DNA from: Elusimicrobiota bacterium
Lineage (GTDB): Bacteria > CG03 > SLGR01 > PWQF01
Assembly (NCBI GenBank): GCA_003557485.1
Contig: PWOI01000196.1
Coordinates: 7,782-71,781, forward strand
DNA length: 64,000 nt
Direction: 5' to 3'
The first letter of the stretch is position 1. The number at the start of each line of letters is the position of its first letter. Below the pieces are notes generated by a model, which worked only from the letters and a program-made list of their open reading frames with translations, searched no databases and had not been told where the DNA came from. Below are positions 9,879-18,878 of this stretch, in pieces. A program made the position numbers and the translations under genes.

Positions 9879-10961
9879 TTGGGCAGACACAATATTACGC
9901 TTATACCGGGTGACGGGACCGGTCCGGAAGTTTCCGCAGCCGCTCGTAAGTGCGTTGATGCTTGCGGTGTGGATATAAACTGGGAAATTGCCGAAGCCGG
10001 AGCTGATGTGATGGATAAGTTCGGTACCCCGCTTCCGGAAGGGGTTATAGAATCCATAAGGAAAAACAGGGTTGCGATTAAAGGCCCGATTACTACTCCG
10101 GTAGGGACAGGGTTCAGGAGCGTCAATGTGGCCATACGGAAAAAACTTGACCTCTACGCCTGTGTGCGCCCATGTAAGTATTATCCCGGGGTGAGAGCTC
10201 CTTACGAAGACGTAGACCTTGTGGTCGTTAGGGAAAATACCGAGGACCTATATGCCGGGATAGAGTTTGAGAAAGACTCCCGGTCCGCATCGGATTTTAA
10301 AGAATTTCTGAAGGAAAGAGATATAACCGTCAGGGATGATTCCGGATTCAGCATAAAACCAATATCGGTTGAAGGGTCCAGGAGAATAGTTGATTATGCT
10401 TTCAGGCATGCCGAGAAATACGGCAGGAAAAAAGTTACCGCAGTACATAAAGCAAATATAATGAAACATACAGACGGGCTTTTCCTGGAGGTTGCCAGGG
10501 ATGTTGCCAAAAATTATGGTGATATTGAGTTTGAAGACAGGATAGTTGATAATATGGCTATGCAGCTGGTACAGAAGCCTCACCTTTATGACGTGATTGT
10601 TCTTCCCAATCTTTACGGTGACATAATATCCGACCTTGGCGCGGCGCTGGTCGGGGGGTTGGGCCTGGCTCCGGGAGCCAATGTAGGTGAGGACTGCGCA
10701 GTTTTTGAACCGACCCACGGTTCGGCTCCTAAATACAGGGGTATGGATAAGGTCAATCCTACGGCAACCATACTTTCAGCGGTTATGATGCTGCGTTATA
10801 TCGGTGAGTCGGATGCTGCCGAAAGGCTGGAAAACGCGATTGCGGAGGTAATAAAAGAAGGAAAAGATGTTACCTACGACCTTAAGGCGGACAGGGAAGA
10901 CCCGGATTCTGCCGGCACAAGCCGTATGGCCGACGCCATATGTGAAAAGCTAAATGAATGA
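9879..10961 (+). CDS. icd: isocitrate dehydrogenase (beta-decarboxylating dehydrogenase family; IDH-type substrate site)
   Basis: [40 protein letters not shown] closely matches E. coli IDH [33 protein letters not shown] and retains the Ser and Asn of the isocitrate gamma-carboxylate site. NLYGDIISD...GLAPGANVG and [15 protein letters not shown] are IDH-type; LeuB has APDIAGKGIANP at the latter. Confidence 0.7.
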   Translation: MGRHNITLIPGDGTGPEVSAAARKCVDACGVDINWEIAEAGADVMDKFGTPLPEGVIESIRKNRVAIKGPITTPVGTGFRSVNVAIRKKLDLYACVRPCKYYPGVRAPYEDVDLVVVRENTEDLYAGIEFEKDSRSASDFKEFLKERDITVRDDSGFSIKPISVEGSRRIVDYAFRHAEKYGRKKVTAVHKANIMKHTDGLFLEVARDVAKNYGDIEFEDRIVDNMAMQLVQKPHLYDVIVLPNLYGDIISDLGAALVGGLGLAPGANVGEDCAVFEPTHGSAPKYRGMDKVNPTATILSAVMMLRYIGESDAAERLENAIAEVIKEGKDVTYDLKADREDPDSAGTSRMADAICEKLNE

Positions 10962-11745
10962 AGAAACTTTCTCAGGAAAACTTTCGGAAGAGATAATAAA
11001 TTCAACAAGAGTTGTTCCCGGGTCATTAAAAGACGCGATTGAAAAGGCAGCCGCAGAAGCGGAAGGCCTTGAAAAAAAGGTTCTTGAAAAGATAGTCGAA
11101 AACTGCCGTATAGCTTCCGCTTCACGGGTACCGGTATGCCAGGATACCGGTGTTTTTGAGATATGGCTCAATATCGGTAAAGACGCCTCCGTGAAAGGTA
11201 TAGATTTCAGCCGCGCGGTTTCCGCGGCCCTTAAAGAAGCCCATGAAAAAGGCGGACTGCGAAGGTCTATGGATCCGGAAATAGCGGGAGCGGTTCATAT
11301 TTCTTTCTGCGGCGGCGCAGCGGTTGAGGCAATTATAACTCCGCGCGGTTTTGGAAGCGAGAACTACACGTTTCTGCGAAGCCTGCCTCCGGGCGCATCT
11401 GACGCGGATGTAAAAGAAGCCGTAATTGAAGAAACCGCTAAAGCTTCAGCGCGCCCCTGCCCTCCTTATGTTATAGGAGTAGGGCTCGGGGGAACGGCTT
11501 CTTCTGCCGTTGAACTTTCGGCGAAGGCCCTGACTGAAATAGATTTTTCTCCTTCCGGACTGGAGAAGGAGATACTTGACGGAATCAATCTTACAGGCAC
11601 GGGTGCCGGCGGAATGGGCGGAAGGTTTACCGCAATAGGCATAAAGATAAAAAGAATGCCGGCGCATATAGCGGGGCTTCCGCTCTGTGTCCATGTCGGA
11701 TGCTGGTGCAACAGGGTAAGTGTATTTAAGATTGAAACAGATTGA
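10954..11745 (+). CDS. class I (Fe-S) fumarate hydratase, alpha subunit / N-terminal catalytic domain
   Basis: PVCQDTGV motif and cysteine ligands of Fe-S hydro-lyases of the FumA/TtdA type. Overlaps the icd stop. Confidence 0.7.
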   Translation: MNEETFSGKLSEEIINSTRVVPGSLKDAIEKAAAEAEGLEKKVLEKIVENCRIASASRVPVCQDTGVFEIWLNIGKDASVKGIDFSRAVSAALKEAHEKGGLRRSMDPEIAGAVHISFCGGAAVEAIITPRGFGSENYTFLRSLPPGASDADVKEAVIEETAKASARPCPPYVIGVGLGGTASSAVELSAKALTEIDFSPSGLEKEILDGINLTGTGAGGMGGRFTAIGIKIKRMPAHIAGLPLCVHVGCWCNRVSVFKIETD

Positions 11746-12259
11746 GTTTCCCGTAAGTTCACCGGAGAGCCTTAAAAATCTGAAGGCCGGGGACGAAGTG
11801 CTTTTAAGCGGCGTTATATATACGGCTAGGGACAGGGTTCACAGACTGGTTGCGGAAGGCAGGGCTGAATGGCCTTTTGAACTGAAAAATAATGCGGTAT
11901 ATTACTGCGGGCCCACTCCGGCGTCTGAAGGGTTCCCCATGGGATCCTGCGGGCCAACGACATCCGCGCGTATGGATAAATGGACTGCCGGACTATACTT
12001 CAGAGGATTGGCGGCCACTATAGGGAAGGGGCCGAGGAATGAAGTAGTACGTCGCTCTATAAAGGATGCCGGCGCAGTTTATTTTTCGGCTTTCGGCGGC
12101 TGCGGAGCTCTATACGGAAGCAGGGTGCTGAAAGCTTCAGTAATCGCTTTCGATGATCTGGGGCCACAGGCGGTTTACAGGGCGGAAATAAAGAATTTTC
12201 CTGTAGTTGTGGGGATAGATCCTTCGGGAAATAATATATTTGAGAATTTAAAATTTTAG
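11720..12259 (+). CDS. class I fumarate hydratase, beta subunit / C-terminal domain
   Basis: LKAGDEVLLSGVIYTARDRVHRLV...YYCGPTP...GPTTS pattern of FumA C-terminal / TtdB domain. The true start is probably downstream of the first in-frame codon. Confidence 0.65.
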   Translation: MYLRLKQIEFPVSSPESLKNLKAGDEVLLSGVIYTARDRVHRLVAEGRAEWPFELKNNAVYYCGPTPASEGFPMGSCGPTTSARMDKWTAGLYFRGLAATIGKGPRNEVVRRSIKDAGAVYFSAFGGCGALYGSRVLKASVIAFDDLGPQAVYRAEIKNFPVVVGIDPSGNNIFENLKF

Positions 12260-12268
12260 GAGGGAGAT

Positions 12269-12715
12269 TTGGATAAAACACTTGTAATAATAAAACCTGA
12301 CGCTCTTATGAAGAAGGTAGCAGGGGAAATTATAAAACAGTTTGAAGAGGAAGGGGTTGAGATTCTGGGAGCAAAACTTGTAAAGATGACTCCGGAAGAA
12401 GCCGGTGAGTTTTATATTGAACACAGGGAAAAGCCTTTTTATGTGCCCCTGACTGAATTTATGTCTTCTAATCCCTGCCTTGCTATGGTTTTAGGAGGTA
12501 AAAATATTATTGAAAGGTCGCGGGAAATAATAGGCAGTACCGATCCTGCAGAGGCAGAAGAAGGGACAATAAGGCAAAGATGGGCCAGTGACGGCAGGTA
12601 TAACGTAGTTCACGGCTCCGATTCTCCACAGAGCGCTTTAAGGGAAATAGAATTTTTCTTTCCTTCGGGAGCAGGTATATACAAACGGGAGCCAAAGGAA
12701 TACAACACTAAATGA
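12269..12715 (+). CDS. ndk: nucleoside diphosphate kinase
   Basis: TLVIIKPDA...NVVHGSDS (active-site His) signature. TTG start preceded by AGGAGGGAG RBS. Confidence 0.85.
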   Translation: MDKTLVIIKPDALMKKVAGEIIKQFEEEGVEILGAKLVKMTPEEAGEFYIEHREKPFYVPLTEFMSSNPCLAMVLGGKNIIERSREIIGSTDPAEAEEGTIRQRWASDGRYNVVHGSDSPQSALREIEFFFPSGAGIYKREPKEYNTK

Positions 12716-13938
12716 AAAAGAATATACTTATCCTTAACTGCGGCAGCTCTTCCGTGAAGTACGAACTGATGGATATGGATAATTCCGGTATCGTTGCAAG
12801 CGGGTTTATTGAAAGAGTGGGAATGGAAGATGCGGTAATACACCATCATTACCGATGCGGTGACGGATACAGTGATATTAAAACCTCTAAAAGCATTCCC
12901 AGACACCGCGAAGCCATAGAATTCATTATGAATCTTCTGATGGATGATGAAATAGGTGTTATAGAAGACATAAAAGATATTTATGGTATAGGCCACCGCG
13001 TGGTTCACGGTGGGGAAAAACATATAGAGTCAGCTTATATTACCGGAGAGGTGAAGCAGGACATAAAGGACTGCATAGACCTGGCTCCGCTGCATAATCC
13101 TCATAATCTTACCGGGATAGAGGCATGTGAAAAACTGATTCCGGATCATCACCAGGTAGCAGTATTTGATACTGCCTTTCACCAGACTATTCCGCGGCAT
13201 ACTTATATATATGCGCTGCCCTATGAAGCCTATTCCAAGTACGGAATCCGTAAATACGGATTTCACGGAACTTCGCACCAGTATGTGGCTTCGCGAGCCG
13301 CCGAAATGCTGGGTAAACCCCTGGAAAAACTGAAGATAATATCATGCCATCTTGGAAACGGGGCCAGCGCCTGCGCGGTAAAAGAAGGAAAGTCAATAGA
13401 CACGTCTATGGGTTTTACTCCTCTTTCGGGACTTGTAATGGGGACCCGCTGCGGGGATATAGATCCTGCTGTGCTTCTATACCTTATGAACAAGGAAGCG
13501 TTTTCGGCTCACGAGATGAGCGTTATAATAAACAGGCATTCGGGGCTTTTTGGTATATCTGGCGTTTCAAGGGATTTCAGGGAGATACTTGAACAGGCCA
13601 AAGAAGGCCACGACAGAAGCCAGCTTGCAATTGATATTTTTGCATACCGCATTAAAAAATATATCGGGTCCTATGCCGCGGCGATGAACGGACTGGATGT
13701 TCTGGTTTTTACTGCCGGCATAGGAGAAAATTCCGTTGAACTTAGGGATATGGTATGTTCGGAAATGGAATACCTGGGGATAGATCTTGACAGAAAGAGA
13801 AACGAGAAGTACACCGGCACTGAAGGAATTATCTCGGCAGCGGATTCAAAAGTTACTGTAATGACTCTTCCTACGGACGAAGAGTTTATGATAGCCAGAG
13901 AAACACTGAGGATCATAGGAGAGTTGAAGAATGTGTGA
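12712..13938 (+). CDS. ackA: acetate kinase
   Basis: ILILNCGSSSVKYEL N-terminal ATP motif, HLGNGAS and FTAGIGENS motifs of acetate/propionate kinases. Confidence 0.85.
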   Translation: MKKNILILNCGSSSVKYELMDMDNSGIVASGFIERVGMEDAVIHHHYRCGDGYSDIKTSKSIPRHREAIEFIMNLLMDDEIGVIEDIKDIYGIGHRVVHGGEKHIESAYITGEVKQDIKDCIDLAPLHNPHNLTGIEACEKLIPDHHQVAVFDTAFHQTIPRHTYIYALPYEAYSKYGIRKYGFHGTSHQYVASRAAEMLGKPLEKLKIISCHLGNGASACAVKEGKSIDTSMGFTPLSGLVMGTRCGDIDPAVLLYLMNKEAFSAHEMSVIINRHSGLFGISGVSRDFREILEQAKEGHDRSQLAIDIFAYRIKKYIGSYAAAMNGLDVLVFTAGIGENSVELRDMVCSEMEYLGIDLDRKRNEKYTGTEGIISAADSKVTVMTLPTDEEFMIARETLRIIGELKNV

Positions 13939-14440
13939 GAACTGCGCATCGTCGCCTTCCGGAAAAATATTTTCAGAAAAAGACAACTCTGAAGTTAGTA
14001 AACTAATTGAGAAATACCGCTCGAAAAAGGGGTTTCTTATTCCTCTTCTGCAAGATATCCAGTCGGTTTTCGGTTATGTTCCGCAGGAGGCCTGCGGTAT
14101 GGTGGCCCGTGAACTGGATATATACCCTTCTGAAATTTACGGGATATTAACTTTCTACTCCCAGTTCTATATGGAGCCCCGGGGAAAACATATCATAAGG
14201 GTATGCCAGGGTACCGCCTGTCACGTTATGGGGGGGAGAGAAATCCTGGAGTTTCTTTCTGATGAACTGGGTATTGAAGATGGAGAGTCTACGGATGACG
14301 GTATGTTTTTTCTTGAGAGAGTGGCCTGCCTGGGCTGCTGCGGTATGGCGCCTGTTGTAATGATTGACGAGGATTTTCACGGCAGGTGCAGCATAGGCAA
14401 CCTTAGAAAGCTTGTAGAAGAGTACCGGTCAAAAGACTAA
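13931..14440 (+). CDS. NuoE/HydC/StnA-like thioredoxin-fold [2Fe-2S] subunit
   Basis: CQGTAC...CLGCCGMAP cysteine pattern of NADH dehydrogenase 24 kDa subunit homologues. Confidence 0.7.
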   Translation: MCENCASSPSGKIFSEKDNSEVSKLIEKYRSKKGFLIPLLQDIQSVFGYVPQEACGMVARELDIYPSEIYGILTFYSQFYMEPRGKHIIRVCQGTACHVMGGREILEFLSDELGIEDGESTDDGMFFLERVACLGCCGMAPVVMIDEDFHGRCSIGNLRKLVEEYRSKD

Positions 14441-14443
14441 ATA

Positions 14444-16207
14444 ATGTCGGAAAACAAAAAAAACAGAATACTTATATGCTCCGGGACAAGCGGTGTTTCG
14501 GCCGGTTGCGGAAAGGTGAGAAGCAGGTTTGAGGAAGAACTGAGAAACCGGGGAATTGAAAGCGATTGGGAAATTGTCAGTGTAGGGGACCGCGGGCTTT
14601 TCAGGGATGTTCTGGTGGATATAATGGACAGCCGCGGCAGGGTAAGTTATGAATATGTTTCTCCTGAGGATGTTTCAGGTATTGCAGAGAGCCATCTGGT
14701 AGGCGGGGGTCTCTTCAATGAGCGTCTTGCCGGAGATGATTACAAGAACTTCTTTGAGAAACAGACACGTATAGTGCTGTCAAACTGTGGAGAAATAGAT
14801 CCTGATAAAATAGATGAATATATAGAAAGGCAGGGGTACGCAGCGCTTAAAAAAGCTCTTGATTCTTCACCTGAAGAAGTCATCGAAGAAATTAAAGATT
14901 CCGGTCTTAGAGGACGCGGCGGAGCCGGGTTTCTCGCCGGCCTTAAATGGGAATTTACTCGCAATGCGTCCGGCAGTGAAAAATATGTAGTCTGTAACGC
15001 TGACGAGGGTGACCCGGGTGCCTTTATGGACCGTAGTATTCTTGAAGGCGATCCCCATTCTGTTATAGAAGGAATGGCAATTGCAGGGTACGCTGCCGGC
15101 GCCGGTGAGGGTTTCATCTACTGCAGGGCTGAATACCCGCTTGCCATTAAAAAGCTTAAAAAAGCCATATCCCTGGCTGAGAAAGAAGGTTTCCTTGGAG
15201 ATAACATACTTAGCAGCGGGTTTTCGTTCCGGCTCAATATAAAAGAGGGAGCCGGTGCTTTTGTATGCGGAGAAGAGACAGCGCTCCTTGCTTCAATTGA
15301 AGGCAGGCGGGGAATGCCCGTTCCACGGCCTCCTTTTCCCGCTGTTGAAGGGCTCTGGGGAAAACCCACACTTATTAACAATGTAGAAACACTTGCCAAT
15401 GTGAGGCATATAATACTTAACGGGGCGAAGTGGTTCTCTTCAATGGGAAGCGGGGATAGTAAAGGCACGAAGGTTTTCGCCCTTGCAGGAAAGGTAAAGA
15501 ACACAGGGTTAGTGGAGGTTCCGATGGGCACTACGCTAAGGGATCTCATATTCGGGCCCGGGGGGGGGATGGCTGAAAGAAAATCAGAGTTTAAAGGAGT
15601 TCAGATAGGCGGGCCTTCCGGCGGATGCCTGCCGGAGGATCTGCTGGATACGTCTATTGATTACGAGTCACTCAACGCCACCGGCGCTATAATGGGGTCC
15701 GGAGGTATGATAGTTATGGATACCGGAAGCTGTATGGTTGATATAGCGAAATTTTTTCTTGATTTTACCGTAGCCGAATCCTGCGGCAAGTGTGTCCCCT
15801 GCCGGGTGGGGCTGAAAAGAATGCAGGAGGTTGTGGAACTCATCACATACGGAAAAGGAACTGACAGCCATATCGATTTTCTCCGGGATATGGGAAATAC
15901 AATAAAGAATACCGCTCTCTGTGGATTGGGGAATACCGCGCCGAGTCCTGTGCTGACTACCCTCAGGTATTTTGACGATGAGTACAGGGCTCATATAGAC
16001 CGCCGCAGTTGTCCTTCCCTGGTATGTATAGACCTTTTAAATTTTGAAGTCAACGAGGAATTGTGTAAAAAATGCGGCAAATGTCTGCCTGTATGCCCTT
16101 CGGATGCTATTTCCTGGAGAAAGAAAGAGTTTGCCCGGATAGATAAAGATAAATGCATTAAGTGCCGGGCCTGTATAGTAGAGTGCCCTTTCAAGGCAAT
16201 AGAATGA
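14444..16207 (+). CDS. NuoF/HydB/StnB-like NAD(H)- and FMN-binding subunit with an N-terminal extra domain and C-terminal 2x[4Fe-4S] ferredoxin domain
   Basis: GRGGAGF NADH motif, FMN-binding region (CGEET) and the CxxCxxC SLBB/4Fe-4S motif (ESCGKCVPCRVG). C-terminal CKKCGKCLPVCP and CIKCRACIVECP ferredoxin motifs. Confidence 0.75.
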   Translation: MSENKKNRILICSGTSGVSAGCGKVRSRFEEELRNRGIESDWEIVSVGDRGLFRDVLVDIMDSRGRVSYEYVSPEDVSGIAESHLVGGGLFNERLAGDDYKNFFEKQTRIVLSNCGEIDPDKIDEYIERQGYAALKKALDSSPEEVIEEIKDSGLRGRGGAGFLAGLKWEFTRNASGSEKYVVCNADEGDPGAFMDRSILEGDPHSVIEGMAIAGYAAGAGEGFIYCRAEYPLAIKKLKKAISLAEKEGFLGDNILSSGFSFRLNIKEGAGAFVCGEETALLASIEGRRGMPVPRPPFPAVEGLWGKPTLINNVETLANVRHIILNGAKWFSSMGSGDSKGTKVFALAGKVKNTGLVEVPMGTTLRDLIFGPGGGMAERKSEFKGVQIGGPSGGCLPEDLLDTSIDYESLNATGAIMGSGGMIVMDTGSCMVDIAKFFLDFTVAESCGKCVPCRVGLKRMQEVVELITYGKGTDSHIDFLRDMGNTIKNTALCGLGNTAPSPVLTTLRYFDDEYRAHIDRRSCPSLVCIDLLNFEVNEELCKKCGKCLPVCPSDAISWRKKEFARIDKDKCIKCRACIVECPFKAIE

Positions 16208-18300
16208 TTAATTTAAAGATAGACGGCAAAGAAATAAAGGCCCATCCTTCCGCCACAGTTCTGGAAGCAGCCTTGCAGGCCGGTATTTATATACCCAACC
16301 TGTGCTATCACCCCGATATACCCCCAGCAGGGGCATGCCGCCTCTGTATTGTAAGTATAAAGGGCGGCAGGGGAGTAGTGACTTCCTGTACTGTAAAAGT
16401 CCGGGAGGGGATGGAGGTCACAACAAATAACGATGAAATCAGAAAAATGAGGGAGAATATCCTCTGGCTTACACTCAGCGAGCTTCCGGAGGATATAGAT
16501 GAGACTTCCCAGCTTTACAAAGTTGCCCGCTGGACGGGAATAAAAAATATTCTTGAAAATTACAGCCGTAAGCCAAAAAACATACCCGTTAAAACGGAGG
16601 ATCCTCTCTTTATAAGAGATATGAACAGGTGCATACTCTGCGGCAGATGCGTCAGGATGTGCCGCGATATAAGAAAGACGGGAGTGCTCGGCTTTTCGGG
16701 AAGGGGAATAGATACTACCGTAGAGACAGCTTACGGGATGCCGCTGGCAGATTCAGCCTGTAAATTCTGCGAGGCATGTGTTGAAGTATGCCCGTCCGGA
16801 GCGCTTGAAGATAAAAGAAAACCCGATCCCTCCTGCAGGGAAAAAACACTGGTTCCCTGCACAAACAACTGCCCGGCAAAAATAGATGCGGCAAGGTATG
16901 TAAAGCTGATTGCCCTGGGAAAATACCGCGAGGCTCTGGAAGTGGTAAGGGAGACAGTTCCCTTTCCGGAAGTCCTGGGACACGTATGCGACCATCCCTG
17001 CGAAGAGGAGTGCCGCCGGAACGATATTAATGAAGCAATAGCAATCAGGTCCCTGAAAAGATTCGCAGCCGAGAAAGGGTCAGATAGGTGGCGAGATAAA
17101 ATTAAGATACTTCCGGATACCGGCAAAAAAATCGCTGTAGTCGGAGCCGGCCCGGCCGGATTGACTGCCGCCTGGTTTCTAAACAGGCTGGGTCATTCTG
17201 TTACGGTCTTTGAGGCAGGTTCCAGCCCGGGAGGAATGATGCGCACCGGGATACCCGCTTACCGTTTGCCCCGGGACGTTCTGGATAGGGAAATTAAAGA
17301 TATTGTGAGTTTCGGGGTTAAGATAAAAACCGGCATTAAAATTGAAAACCTGGAAGAACTTTTTAAAGAAGGTTTCAGCGCAGTCTTTCTGGCAACCGGC
17401 GCATCTGAAACTATGACGATGGGAATTGAAGGGGAAGATGATACCCGCGTGCTTCAGGGAATAGGAGTTCTGGGTGATATCTCCTCAAAAAAAGATACCG
17501 GGCTTAAAGGAAAGGTTGCAGTTGTAGGAGGCGGCAATGTTGCTATAGATGTTGCCCGCAGCGCTTTGAGATCGGGCGCGGAGAAGGCGGTAATACTCTA
17601 CAGGCGCACCAGGGAGGAAATGCCCGCTCTGGAGGAGGAAGTTGAAGATGCCCTGAAGGAAGGTGTGGAAATCCGCTTCCTTACAGCCCCGGTTAAAATC
17701 GCATCTTCCGGAGAAAATCTTAAAATTGAATGCATAAAGATGAAACTCGGCAAGCCCGATTCCGGGGGGAGAAGGCGTCCTGTACCAATAGAGGGCAGCG
17801 AGTATGTTTTTGAGGCAGACCGTCTGGCAATGGCAATAGGACAGAAACCCTCCGTGCCCGGCGGTTGTGCGTCTCTTAAGAATGACTGGGGAGGAATTGA
17901 AGTTGACGGTGGTACGATGAAGTCTTCAATGGAAGGGGTATTTGCAGGCGGCGATGCGGTAAGCGGCCCGGCCTCGGTAATTAAAGCCATACGGGACGGA
18001 AGAAAAGCCGCTTCTTCAATAGACAGGTATTTAGGAGGCAGCGGGGATATTGACCAGAAGCTTGCTCGGGACGAGACAGAGATGCCCTGCCTGGGAAGGG
18101 AAGAAGGGTTTGCCTTCAGGGCGAGGGCTGAAATGCCTCTTCTTGACGGGAAAAAGCGGACCGCAAGTTTCTGCGCTGTGGAAAAGGGGCTCCCGGAAAA
18201 AGAGGCCCTGGAAGAGGCAGGCCGCTGCCTGAGCTGCGCGCTCAGGCTGGGCATATCTGAAGCTCCTGAGCCTCCCGTGAAAGAGGAAGATAGCGGATAA
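16204..18300 (+). CDS. fusion of NuoG/HydA-N-terminal-like [2Fe-2S]+[4Fe-4S] domain with GltD-like FAD/NAD(P)H oxidoreductase (StnC/SfrB-like)
   Basis: N-terminal MINLKIDGKEI...CYHPDIPPAGACRLC ferredoxin-type 2Fe-2S, then CILCGRCVRMC and CKFCEACVEVCP 4Fe-4S motifs. KKIAVVGAGPAGLTAA and VAVVGGGNVAIDVAR dinucleotide motifs of glutamate-synthase-small-subunit-like proteins follow. Start moved to the ATG that overlaps the upstream stop (ATGA); the longest ORF starts at 16162. Confidence 0.65.
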   Translation: MINLKIDGKEIKAHPSATVLEAALQAGIYIPNLCYHPDIPPAGACRLCIVSIKGGRGVVTSCTVKVREGMEVTTNNDEIRKMRENILWLTLSELPEDIDETSQLYKVARWTGIKNILENYSRKPKNIPVKTEDPLFIRDMNRCILCGRCVRMCRDIRKTGVLGFSGRGIDTTVETAYGMPLADSACKFCEACVEVCPSGALEDKRKPDPSCREKTLVPCTNNCPAKIDAARYVKLIALGKYREALEVVRETVPFPEVLGHVCDHPCEEECRRNDINEAIAIRSLKRFAAEKGSDRWRDKIKILPDTGKKIAVVGAGPAGLTAAWFLNRLGHSVTVFEAGSSPGGMMRTGIPAYRLPRDVLDREIKDIVSFGVKIKTGIKIENLEELFKEGFSAVFLATGASETMTMGIEGEDDTRVLQGIGVLGDISSKKDTGLKGKVAVVGGGNVAIDVARSALRSGAEKAVILYRRTREEMPALEEEVEDALKEGVEIRFLTAPVKIASSGENLKIECIKMKLGKPDSGGRRRPVPIEGSEYVFEADRLAMAIGQKPSVPGGCASLKNDWGGIEVDGGTMKSSMEGVFAGGDAVSGPASVIKAIRDGRKAASSIDRYLGGSGDIDQKLARDETEMPCLGREEGFAFRARAEMPLLDGKKRTASFCAVEKGLPEKEALEEAGRCLSCALRLGISEAPEPPVKEEDSG

Positions 18301-18306
18301 GATGCA

Positions 18307-18585
18307 ATGAATAAGAAAAGAAATAAAACTAAAAAAGAAGAGAGCGCAAGACAGCTTTCTCTGCCGGTAGTTTGCCCGGGCTGCGGCAGGAAAGGGGACG
18401 CTTCAAAAAGCCAGTACTGCCGCGCCTGCGGGAGAGATTTCTATACACCGGTAATAGGTAAAAAGTCCATTTTTAAGATACTTATTACAATACTATTGAT
18501 ACTGGCTTTGATATATGTACTTTTTATAATTTTTAAGGATTCACTCTACTACTGGCTCGACAAAGTCCCGCATAAACCCTACTGA
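18307..18585 (+). CDS. small zinc-ribbon membrane protein (hypothetical)
   Basis: CPGCG...CRACG zinc-ribbon followed by a single hydrophobic helix (ILITILLILALIYVLFIIF). Confidence 0.4.
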   Translation: MNKKRNKTKKEESARQLSLPVVCPGCGRKGDASKSQYCRACGRDFYTPVIGKKSIFKILITILLILALIYVLFIIFKDSLYYWLDKVPHKPY

Positions 18586-18590
18586 AAAAT

Positions 18591-18622
18591 TTGACATTCG
18601 CCGCGTAAATTGGTAGTAAGAT
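18591..18622 (+). promoter_or_regulatory. putative sigma70-type promoter upstream of rpmF-plsX-fab operon
   Basis: TTGACA at 18591-18596, 17-nt spacer, TAGTAA at 18614-18619, about 55 nt upstream of the rpmF start. Confidence 0.35.
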
Positions 18623-18674
18623 AAATTAATCTGGACAATTTCAAGTATATTAAAGAATAGGAAGGTGAAATAAA

Positions 18675-18854
18675 ATGGCAGTACCAAAACGAAGACATTC
18701 AAAGGCAAGGAAAAGGAAGAAACTTGCCGGCAAAAAAATAAAGCTCTCCAGCTGCGGGTTCTGTCCCAGGTGCGGTCAGGCAAAAATACCTCACAGGGTA
18801 TGTTCCGGCTGCGGCTTTTACGGAGATAAGGAAATAATAAAAAAAGAGGACTAA
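18675..18854 (+). CDS. rpmF: 50S ribosomal protein L32
   Basis: MAVPKRRHSKARKRKK...CPRCGQAKIPHRVCSGCGFY is the canonical L32 sequence with a zinc ribbon. Not in the supplied ORF list because it is short; found by reading the rpmF-plsX intergenic position. Confidence 0.8.
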   Translation: MAVPKRRHSKARKRKKLAGKKIKLSSCGFCPRCGQAKIPHRVCSGCGFYGDKEIIKKED

Positions 18855-18878
18855 AAAACCTCAGAAAAATTAAATATT

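Noticed and set aside
9879-10961. Calling the beta-decarboxylating dehydrogenase LeuB (3-isopropylmalate dehydrogenase)
   Set aside because: The substrate-site residues (Ser/Asn in the RSxN segment) and the APKYxGxDKVNP motif match isocitrate dehydrogenase, not the LeuB/HICDH pattern (APDIAGKGIANP).
16162-16203. Longest-ORF start (MPGLYSRVPFQGNR...) for the StnC-like gene
   Set aside because: This would overlap the upstream gene by 46 nt. An ATG at 16204 forms an ATGA stop/start overlap and begins exactly at the conserved 2Fe-2S domain (MINLKIDGKEI).
17598-18254. 218-aa minus-strand ORF
   Set aside because: Antisense to the GltD-like domain of the StnC-like gene. No motifs.
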